From Azolla caroliniana (Eukaryota; Plantae; Polypodiophyta), in contig JBHGNT010000007.1 of the NCBI GenBank assembly GCA_043228905.1, positions 1-64,000 on the forward strand: 64,000 nt of DNA, in the 5' to 3' direction. The translations under genes were made by a program, and so were the position numbers. Under the pieces are notes generated by a model. That model was not told the DNA's origin. It saw only the letters and a list, made by a program, of their open reading frames with translations, and did not search any database. Of this stretch, positions 52,801 to 64,000 are shown in pieces. Numbering within the stretch: the first letter of the stretch is position 1; each line of letters starts with the position of its first letter.

Positions 52801-55800
52801 CGATTCGCATGTTTGAACACAAAAATCCGATATCACACGAGCGAGGTATGAACATTTTAATTTATTGGCACACTCTTCTCCACTACCTCCTCAAATAAGC
52901 TAATTTCGTCATGTCTCTCGACCTGAGTTCCAAAACCTTGATTTTTTAATTCTATATCATAGCTAGCGTTGTTAGCTTCGTTTCGCATGTTTGAACACAG
53001 AAATCCGATATCACACGAGCCAGGTATAAACATTTTAATTTACTCACTGGCACTTCTCAACTCCATCCTCAAATAAGCTAATTTCCTCATGTCTCTCGAC
53101 CTTGCTTTCAAAATCTCGAAATTTTACTTCTATATCATTGCTAGCGTTGTTAGCTTCGATTCGCATGTTTGAACACAAAAATCCGATATCACACGAGCGA
53201 GGTATGAACATTTTAATTTATTGGCACACTCTTCTCCACTACCTCCTCAAATAAGCTAATTTCGTCATGTCTCTCGACCTGAGTTCCAAAACCTTGATTT
53301 TTTAATTCTATATCATAGCTAGCGTTGTTAGCTTCGTTTCGCATGTTTGAACAGAGAAATCCGATATCACACGAGCCAGGTATAAACATTTTAATTTACT
53401 CACTGGCACTTCTCAACTCCATCCTCAAATAAGCTAATTTCCTCATGTCTCTCGACCTTGCTTTCAAAATCTCGAAATTTTACTTCTATATCATTGCTAG
53501 CGTTGTTAGCTTCGATTCGCATGTTTGAACACAAAAATCCGATATCACACGAGCGAGGTATGAACATTTTAATTTATTGGCACACTCTTCTCCACTACCT
53601 CCTCAAATAAGCTAATTTCGTCATGTCTCTCGACCTGAGTTTCAAAACCTTGATTTTTTAATTCTATATCATAGCTAGCGTTGTTAGCTTCGTTTCGCAT
53701 GTTTGAACACAGAAATCCGATATCACACGAGCCAGGTATAAACATTTTAATTTACTCACTGGCACTTCTCAACTCCATCCTCAAATAAGCTAATTTCCTC
53801 ATGTCTCTCGACCTTGCTTTCAAAATCTCGAAATTTTACTTCTATATCATTGCTAGCGTTGTTAGCTTCGATTCGCATGTTTGAACACAAAAATCCGATA
53901 TCACACGAGCGAGGTATGAACATTTTAATTTACTGACACACTCTTCTCCACTACCTCCTCAAATTTGCTAATTTCCTCATGTCTCTCGACTTGAGTTTCA
54001 AAATCTTGATTATTTATTTCCATATCATAGCTAGCGTTGTTAGCTTCGTTTCGCATGTTTGAACAGAGAAATCCGAAATCACACGAGCCAGGTATGAACA
54101 TTTTAATTTACTCACTGGCTCTTCTCAACTCCATTATCAAATAAGCAAATTTCCTCATGTCTCTCGACCTGTGTTTCAAAATCTTGATTTTTTAATTCTA
54201 TATCACAAGAGCCAGGTATAAACATTTTAATTTACTCACTGGCACTTCTCAACTCCATCCTCAAATAAGCTAATTTCCTCATGTCTCTCGACCTAGGTTT
54301 TAAAATCTTTCATTTTTAATTGTATATCATAGCTAGCGTTGTTAGCTTCGATTCGCATGTTTGAACACAAAAATCCGATATCACACGAGCGAGGTATGAA
54401 CATTTTAATTTACTGACACACTCTTCTCCACTACCTCCTCAAATTTGCTAATTTCCTCATGTCTCTCGACTTGAGTTTCAAAATCTTGATTATTTATTTC
54501 CATATCATAGCTAGCGTTGTTAGCTTCGTTTCGCATGTTTGAACAGAGAAATCCGAAATCACACGAGCCAGGTATGAAAATTTTAATTTACTCACTGGCT
54601 CTTCTCAACTCCATTATCAAATAAGCAAATTTCCTCATGTCTCTCGACCTGGGTTTCAAAATCTTGATTTTTTAATTCTATATCACAAGAGCCAGGTATA
54701 AACATTTTAATTTACTCACTGGCACTTCTCAACTCCATCCTCAAATAAGCTAATTTCCTCATGTCTCTCGACCTAGGTTTTAAAATCTTTCATTTTTAAT
54801 TGTATATCATAGCTAGCGTTGTTAGCTTCGATTCGCATGTTTGAACACAAAAATCCGATATCACACGAGCGAGGTATGAACATTTTAATTTACTGACACA
54901 CTCTTCTCCACTACCTCCTCAAAATTTGCTAATTTCCTCATGTCTCTCGACCTGAGTTCCAAAACCTTGATTTTTTAATTCTATATCATAGCTAGCGTTG
55001 TTAGCTTCGTTTCGCATGTTTGAACACAGAAATCCGATATCACACGAGCCAGGTATAAACATTTTAATTTACTCACTGGCACTTCTCAACTCCATCCTCA
55101 AATAAGCTAATTTCCTCATGTCTCTCGACCTGGGTTTCAAAATCTTGATTTTTTAATTCTATATCATAGCTAGCATTGTTTGCTTCGATTCGCATGTTTG
55201 AACACAAAAATCCGATATCACACGAGCAAGGTATGAACATTTTAATTTACTGACACACTCTTCTCCACTACCTCCTCAAATTTGCTAATTTCCTCATGTC
55301 TCTCGACTTGAGTTTCAAAATCTTGATTTTTTATTTCCATATCATAGCTAGCGTTGTTAGCTTCGTTTCGCATGTTTGAACAGAGAAATCCGAAATCACA
55401 CGAGCCAGGTATGAACATTTTAATTTACTCACTGGCTCTTCTCAACTCCATCTTCAAATAAGCTAATTTCCTCATGTCTCTCGACCTGGGTTTCAAAATC
55501 TTGATTTTTTAATGCTATATCATAGCTAGCATTGTTAGCTTCGCTTCGCATGTTTGAACGCAAAAATCCGATATCACAAGAGCCAGGTATGAACATTTTA
55601 ATTTACTGACACACTCTTCTCCACTACCTCCTCAAATTTGCTAATTTCCTCATGTCTCTCGACCTGAGTTTCAAAATATTGATTTTTTAATTTTATATCA
55701 TAGCTAGCGTTCTTAGCTTCGATTCGCATGTTTGAACACAAAAATCCGATATCACACGAGCGAGGTATGAACATTTTAATTTATTGGCACACTCTTCTCC

Positions 55801-58800
55801 ACTACCTCCTCAAATAAGTTAATTTCGTCATGTCTCTCGACCTGAGTTCCAAAACCTTGATTTTTTAATTCTATATCATAGCTAGCGTTGTTAGCTTCGT
55901 TTCGCATGTTTGAACACAGAAATCCGATATCACACGAGCCAGGTATAAACATTTTAATTTACTCACTGGCACTTCTCAACTCTATCCTCAAATAAGCTAA
56001 TTTCCTCATGTCTCTCGACCTTGCTTTCAAAATCTCGAAATTTTACTTCTATATCATTGCTAGCGTTGTTAGCTTCGATTCGCATGTTTGAACACAAAAA
56101 TCCGATATCACACGAGCGAGGTATGAACATTTTAATTTACTGACACACTCTTCTCCACTACCTCCTCAAATTTGCTAATTTCCTCATGTCTCTCGACTTG
56201 AGTTTCAAAATCTTGATTATTTATTTCCATATCATAGCTAGCGTTGTTAGCTTCGTTTCGCATGTTTGAACAGAGAAATCCGAAATCACACGAGCCAGGT
56301 ATGAACATTTTAATTTACTCACTGGCTCTTCTCAACTCCATTATCAAATAAGCAAATTTCCTCATGTCTCTCGACCTGGGTTTCAAAATCTTGATTTTTT
56401 AATTCTATATCATACCTAGCATTGTTAGCTTCGATTCGCATGTTTGAACGCAAAAATCCGATATCACAAGAGCCAGGTATGAACATTTTAATTTACTGAC
56501 ACACTCTTCTCCACTACCTCCTCAAATTTGCTAATTTCCTCATGTCTCTCGACCTGAGTTTCAAAATCTTGATTTTTTAATTTTATATCATAGCTAGCGT
56601 TGTTAGCTTCGATTCGCATGTTTGAACACAAAAATCCGATATCACACGAGCGAGGTATGAACATTTTAATTAATTGACACACTCTTCTCCACTACCTCCT
56701 CAAATAAGCTAATTTCCTCATGTCTCTCGACCTGAGTTTCAAAACCTTGAATTTTTAATTCTATATCATAGCTAGCGTTGTTAGCTTCGTTTCGCATGTT
56801 TGAACACAGAAATCCGATATCACACGAGCCAGGTATAAACATTTTAATTTACTCACTGGCACTTCTCAACTCCATCCTCAAATAAGCTAATTTCCTCATG
56901 TCTCTCGACCTTGCTTTCAAAATCGTGAATTTTTACTTCTATATCATTTCTAGCGTTGTTTGCTTCGATTCGCATGTTTGAACACAAAAATCCGATATCA
57001 CACGAGCAAGGTATGAACATTTTAATTTACTGACACACTCTTCTCCACTACCTCCTCAAATTTGCTAATTTCCTCATGTCTCTCGACTTGAGTTTCAAAA
57101 TCTTGATTTTTTATTTCCATATCATAGCTAGCGTTGTTAGCTTCGTTTCGCATGTTTGAACAGAGAAATCCGAAATCACACGAGCCAGGTATGAACATTT
57201 TAATTTACTCACTGGCTCTTCTCAACTCCATCTTCAAATAAGCTAATTTCCTCATGTCTCTCGACCTGGGTTTCAAAATCTTGATTTTTTAATTCTATAT
57301 CATAGCTAGCATTGTTAGCTTCGCTTCGCATGTTTGAACGCAAAAATCCGATATCACACGAGCCAGATATAAACATTTTAATTTACTGACACACTCTTCT
57401 CCACTACCTCCTCAAATTTGCTAATTTCCTCATGTCTCTCGACCTGAGTTTCAAAATATTGATTTTTTAATTTTATATCATAGCTAGCGTTCTTAGCTTC
57501 GATTCGCATGTTTGAACACAAAAATCCGATATCACACGAGCGAGGTATGAACATTTTCATTTATTGGCACACTCTTCTCCACTACCTCCTCAAATAAGCT
57601 AATTTCGTCATGTCTCTCGACCTGAGTTCCAAAACCTTGATTTTTTAATTCTATATCATAGCTAGCGTTGTTAGCTTCGTTTCGCATGTTTGAACACAGA
57701 AATCCGATATCACACGAGCCAGGTATAAACATTTTAATTTACTCACTGGCACTTCTCAACTCCATCCTCAAATAAGCTAATTTCCTCATGTCTCTCGACC
57801 TTGCTTTCAAAATCTCGAAATTTTACTTCTATATCATTGCTAGCGTTGTTAGCTTCGATTCGCATGTTTGAACACAAAAATCCGATATCACACGAGCGAG
57901 GTATGAACATTTTTATTTACTGACACACTCTTCTCCACTACCTCCTCAAAATTTGCTAATTTCCTCATGTCTCTCGACCTGAGTTTCAAAATCTTGATTT
58001 TTTAATTTTATATCATAGCTAGCGTTGTTAGCTTCGTTTCGCATGTTTGAACACAGAAATCCGATATCACACGAGCCAGGTATAAACATTTTAATTTACT
58101 CACTGGCACTTCTCAACGCCATCCTCAAATAAGCTAATTTCCTCATGTCTCTCGACCTAGGTTTTAAAATCTTTCATTTTTAATTGTATATCATAGCTAG
58201 CGTTGTTAGCTTCGTTTCGCATGTTTGAACACAAAAATCCGATATCACACGAGCCAGGTATGAACATTTTAATTTATTGGCACACTCTTCTCCACTACCT
58301 CCTCAAATAAGCTAATTTCCTCATGTCTCTCGACCTGAGTTTCAAAACCTTGATTTTTTAATTCTATATCATAGCTAGCGTTGTTTGCTTCGATTCGCAT
58401 GTTTGAACACAAAAATCCGATATCACACGAGCAAGGTATGAACATTTTAATTTACTGACAAACTCTTCTCCACTACCTCCTCAAATTTGCTAATTTCGTC
58501 ATGTCTCTCGACCTAAGTCTCAAAATCTTGATTTTTTAATTCTATATTATAGCTAGCGTTGTTAGCTTCGATTTGCATGTTTGAACACAGAAATCCGATA
58601 TCACACGAGCCAGATATGAACATTTTAATTTACTGACGCACTCTTTTCTACTGCCTCCTCAAAATTTGCTAATTTTCTCATGTCTCTCGACCTGAGTTTC
58701 AAAATCTTGATTTTTTAATTCTATATTATGGCTAGCGTTCTTAGCTTCGATTCGCATGTTTGAACACAAAAATCCGATATCACAGGAGCCAGGCATGAAC

Positions 58801-61800
58801 ATTTTAATTTACTGACATACTCTTCTCCAAAGCCTCCTCAAATAAGCTAATTTCCTCATGTCTCTCGACCTGGCTTTCTAAATCTTGAATTTTTACTTCT
58901 ATATCATAGCTAGGATTGTTAGCTTCGATTCGAATGTTTGAACACAAAAATCCGATATCACACGAGCCAGATATGAACATTTTAATTTACTGACACACTC
59001 TTCTCCACTACCTCCTCAAATTTGCTAATTTCCTCATGTCTCTCGACCTGAGTTTCAAAATCTTGATTTTTTAATTTTATATCATAGCTAGCGTTCTTAG
59101 CTTCGATTCGCATGTTTGAACACAAAAATCCGATATCACACGAGCGAGGTATGAACATTTTAATTTATTGGCACACTCTTCTCCACTACCTCCTCAAATA
59201 AGCTTATTTCGTCATGTCTCTCGACCTGAGTTCCAAAACCTTGATTTTTTAATTCTATATCATAGCTAGCGTTGTTAGCTTCGTTTCGCATGTTTGAACA
59301 CAGAAATCCGATATAACACGAGCCAGGTATAAACATTTTAATTTACTCACTGGCACTTCTCAACTCCATCCTCAAATAAGCTAATTTCCTCATGTCTCTC
59401 GACCTAGGTTTTAAAATCTTTAATTTTTAATTGTATATCATAGCTAGCGTTGTTAGCTTCGATTCGCATGTTTGAACACAAAAATCCGATATCACACGAG
59501 CGAGGTATGAACATTTTAATTTATTGACACACTCTTCTCCACTACCTCCTCAAATAAGCTAATTTCCTCATGTCTCTCGACCTGAGTTTCAAAACCTTGA
59601 TTTTTTAATTCTATATCATAGCTAGCGTTGTTAGCTTCGTTTCGCATGTTTGAACACAGAAATCCGATATCACACGAGCCAGGTATAAACATTTTAATTT
59701 ACTCACTGGCACTTCTCAACTCCATCCTCAAATAAGCTAATTTCCTCATGTCTCTCGACCTGGGTTTCAAAATCTTGATTTTTTAATTCTATATCATAGC
59801 TAGCATTGTTAGCTTCGATTCGCATGTTTGAACACAAAAATCCGATATCACACGAGCCAGATATGAACATTTTAATTTACTGACACACTCTTCTCCACTA
59901 CCTCCTCAAATTTGCTAATTTCCTCATGTCTCTCGACCTGAGTTTCAAAATCTTGATTTTTTAATTTTATATCATAGCTAGCGTTGTTAGCTTCGATTCG
60001 CATGTTTGAACACAAAAATCCGATATCACACGAGCGAGGTATGAACATTTTAATTAATTGACACACTCTTCTCCACTACCTCCTCAAATAAGCTAATTTC
60101 CTCATGTCTCTCGACCTGAGTTTCAAAACCTTGAATTTTTAATTCTATATCATAGCTAGCGTTGTTTGCTTCGATTCGCATGTTTGAACACAAAAATCCG
60201 ATATCACACGAGCAAGGTATGAACATTTTAATTTACTCACTGGCACTTCTCAACTCCATCCTCAAATAAGCTAATTTCCTCATGTCTCTCGACCTTGCTT
60301 TCAAAATCGTGAATTTTTACTTCTATATCATTTCTAGCGTTGTTTGCTTCGATTCGCATGTTTGAACACAAAAATCCGATATCACACGAGCAAGGTATGA
60401 ACATTTTAATTTACTGACACACTCTTCTCCACTACCTCCTCAAATTTGCTAATTTCCTCATGTCTCTCGACTTGAGTTTCAAAATCTTGATTTTTTATTT
60501 CCATATCATAGCTAGCGTTGTTAGCTTCGTTTCGCATGTTTGAACAGAGAAATCCGAAATCACACGAGCCAGGTATGAACATTTTAATTTACTCACTGGC
60601 TCTTCTCAACTCCATCTTCAAATAAGCTAATTTCCTCATGTCTCTCGACCTGGGTTTCAAAATCTTGATTTTTTAATTCTATATCATAGCTAGCATTGTT
60701 AGCTTCGCTTCGCATGTTTGAACGCAAAAATCCGATATCACACGAGCCATATATAAACATTTTAATTTACTGACACACTCTTCTCCACTACCTCCTCAAA
60801 TTTGCTAATTTCCTCATGTCTCTCGACCTGAGTTTCAAAATATTGATTTTTTAATTTTATATCATAGCTAGCGTTCTTAGCTTCGATTCGCATGTTTGAA
60901 CACAAAAATCCGATATCACACGAGCCAGGTATGAACATTTTAATTTATTGGCACACTCTTCTCCACTACCTCCTCAAATAAGCTAATTTCGTCATGTCTC
61001 TCGACCTGAGTTCCAAAACCTTGATTTTTTAATTCTATATCATAGCTAGCGTTGTTAGCTTCGTTTCGCATGTTTGAACACAGAAATCCGATATCACACG
61101 AGCCAGGTATAAACATTTTAATTTACTCACTGGCACTTCTCAACCCCATCCTCAAATAAGCTAATTTCCTCATGTCTCTCGACCTTGCTTTCAAAATCTC
61201 GAAATTTTACTTCTATATCATTGCTAGCGTTGTTAGCTTCGATTCGCATGTTTGAACACAAAAATCCGATATCACACGAGCGAGGTATGAACATTTTAAT
61301 TTACTGACACACTCTTCTCCACTACCTCCTCAAAATTTGCTAATTTCCTCATGTCTCTCGACCTGAGTTTCAAAATCTTGATTTTTTAATTTTATATCAT
61401 AGCTAGCGTTGTTAGCTTCGTTTCGCATGTTTGAACACAGAAATCCGAAATCACACGAGCCAGGTATAAACATTTTAATTTACTCACTGGCACTTCTCAA
61501 CTCCATCCTCAAATAAGCTAATTTCCTCATGTCTCTCGACCTAGGTTTTAAAATCTTTCATTTTTAATTGTATATCATAGCTAGCGTTGTTAGCTTCGAT
61601 TCGCATGTTTGAACACAAAAATCCGATATCACACGAGCGAGGTATGAACATTTTAATTTATTGACACACTCTTCTCCACTACCTCCTCAAATAAGCTAAT
61701 TTCCTCATGTCTCTCGACCTGAGTTTCAAAACCTTGATTTTTTAATTCTATATCATAGCTAGCGTTGTTAGCTTCGTTTCGCATGTTTGAACACAGAAAT

Positions 61801-64000
61801 CCGATATCACACGAGCCAGGTATAAACATTTTAATTTACTCACTGGCACTTCTCAACTCCATCCTCAAATAAGCTAATTTCCTCATGTCTCTCGACCTTG
61901 CTTTCAAAATCTGGAATTTTTACTTCTATCATAGCTAGCGTTGTTAGCTTCGATTCGCATGTTTGAACACAAAAATCCGATATCACACGAGCCAGGTATG
62001 AACATTTTAATTTACTGACACACTCTTCTCCACTACCTCCCCAAATTTGCTAATTTCCTCATGTCTCTCGACCTGAGTTTCAAAATCATGATTTTCTAAT
62101 TCTATATCATAGCTAGCGTTGTTAGCTTCGATTCACATGTTTGAACACAAAAATCCGATATCACACGAGCCAGGTATGAACATTTTAATTTATTGACATA
62201 CTCTTCTCCACTACCTCCTCAAATAAGCTAATTTCGTCATGTCTCTCGACCTAAGTTCCAAAACCTTGATTTTTTAATTCTATATCATAGCTAGCGTTGT
62301 TAGCTTCGTTTCGCATGTTTGAAGACAGAAATCCGATATCACACGAGCCAGGTATAAACATTTTAATTTACTCATTGGCACTTCTCAACTCCATCCTAAA
62401 ATAATCTAATTTCCTCATGTCTCTCGACCTTGCTTTCAAAATCTTGAATTTTTACTTCTATATCATTGCTAGCGTTGTTAGCCTCGATTCGCATGTTTGA
62501 ACACAAAAATCCGATATCACACGAGCCAGGTATGAACATTTTAATTTACTGACACACTCTTGTCCACTACCTACTCAAATTTGCTAATTTCCTCATGTAC
62601 CTCGACCTGAGTTTCAAAATCTTGATTTTTTAATTCTATATTATGGCTAGCGTTGTTAGCTTCGATTCGCATGTTTGAACACAAAAATCCGATATCACAG
62701 GAGCCAGGTATGAATATTTTAATTTACTGACATACTCTTCTCCAAAGCCTCCTCAAATTTGCTAATTTCCTCATGTCTCTCGACCTGGCTTTCAAAATCT
62801 TGAATTTTTACTTCTATATCATAGCTAGGATTGTTAGCTTCGATTCGCATGTTTGAACACAAAAATCTGATATCACACGAGCCAGATATGAACATTTTAA
62901 TTTACTGACACACTCTTCTCCACTACCTCCTCAAATTTGCTAATTTCCTCATGTCTCTCGACTTGAGTTTCAAAATCTTGATTATTTATTTCCATAGCAT
63001 AGCTAGCGTTGTTAGCTTCGTTTCGCATGTTTGAACAGAGAAATCCGAAATCACACGAGCCAGGTATGAACATTTTAATTTACTCACTGGCTCTTCTCAA
63101 CTCCATTATCAAATAAGCTAATTTCCTCATGTCTCTCGACCTGGGTTTCAAAATCCTAATTTTTTAATTCTATATCATACCTAGCATTGTTAGCTTCGAT
63201 TCGCATGTTTGAACGCAAAAATCCGATATCACAAGAGCCAGGTATGAACATTTTAATTTACTGACACACTCTTCTCCACTACCTCCTCAAATTTGCTAAT
63301 TTCCTCATGTCTCTCGACTTGAGTTTCAAAATCTTGATTTTTTATTTCCATATCATAGCTAGCGTTGTTAGCTTCGTTTCGCATGTTTGAACAGAGAAAT
63401 CCGAAATCACACGAGCCAGGTATGAACATTTTAATTTACTCACTGGCTCTTCTCAACTCCATCTTCAAATAAGCTAATTTCCTCATGTCTCTCGACCTGG
63501 GTTTCAAAATCTTGATTTTTTAATTCTATATCATAGCTAGCATTGTTAGCTTCGCTTCGCATGTTTGAACGCAAAAATCCGATATCACAAGAGCCAGGTA
63601 TGAACATTTTAATTTACTGACACACTCTTCTCCACTACCTCCTCAAATTTGCTAATTTCCTCATGTCTCTCGACCTGAGTTTCAAAATATTGATTTTTTA
63701 ATTTTATATCATAGCTAGCGTTCTTAGCTTCGATTCGCATGTTTGAACACAAAAATCCGATATCACACAAGCGAGGTATGAACATTTTAATTTATTGGCA
63801 CACTCTTCTCCACTACCTCCTCAAATAAGCTAATTTCGTCATGTCTCTCGACCTGAGTTCCAAAACCTTAATTTTTTAATTCTATATCATAGCTAGCGTT
63901 GTTAGCTTCGTTTCGCATGTTTGAACACAGAAATCCGATATCACACGAGCCAGGTATAAACATTTTAATTTACTCACTGGCACTTCTCAACTCCATCCTC
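7885..64000. repeat. 178-bp tandem satellite array (subtelomeric, possibly centromeric), about 315 monomers, head-to-tail, running off the window
   Basis: Period 178 (for example gtttgaacac at 7941 and 8119). Monomer subtypes include ...actcactggcacttctcaactccatcc... and ...actgacacactcttctccactacctcc.... I saw no foreign insertions or inversions. Confidence 0.99.

Noticed and set aside
9751-54690. Satellite deletions (30, 36, 54 bp) all multiples of 3, suggesting coding constraint
   Set aside because: The sizes are explained by microhomology spacing, and 1-bp and 2-bp indels also occur repeatedly in the array.
9590-60066. Many 60-74 aa minus-strand ORFs (MCQ.IKMFIPRSCDIGFLCSNMR...)
   Set aside because: They are translations of single 178-bp satellite monomers. 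The period is not a multiple of 3, the starts are often non-ATG, and there is no recognisable domain.
7885-64000. CRISPR-like repeat/spacer array
   Set aside because: The whole monomer repeats with no unique spacers, there are no cas genes, and the context is a eukaryotic telomere.
7885-64000. Identity with Arabidopsis CEN178 satellite
   Set aside because: Only the length matches; I recognise no sequence similarity. A database search would be needed to name the family.

Overview
A eukaryotic chromosome end with three parts. (1) 1-3715: a terminal (CCCTAAA)n telomere of about 530 units. This is the Arabidopsis-type TTTAGGG repeat, also used by some green algae, oomycetes and apicomplexans, so the host cannot be pinned down. 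(2) 3716-7878: a 4.2-kb piece of an endonuclease-deficient Penelope-like retroelement (PLE; Athena/Coprina/Selaginella-type architecture). On the minus strand it reads: 5'-truncated RT ORF, pyrimidine-rich 3' UTR, type I hammerhead ribozyme, (CT)22, variant C-rich telomeric tract, then ORF1 with an Asn-Pro tract encoded by (CCCTAA)n. ORF1 is cut off by the telomere. (3) 7885-64000: a continuous 178-bp satellite array of about 315 monomers, with higher-order repeats and multi-kb duplications. The most striking point is that the retroelement is inverted relative to the published orientation of telomeric EN-deficient PLEs. It is also permuted (RT before ORF1), is joined to the satellite through about 1.5 telomere repeats, and its RT gains an in-frame ATG from the satellite. 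The short ORFs in the satellite are artefacts of the repeat.
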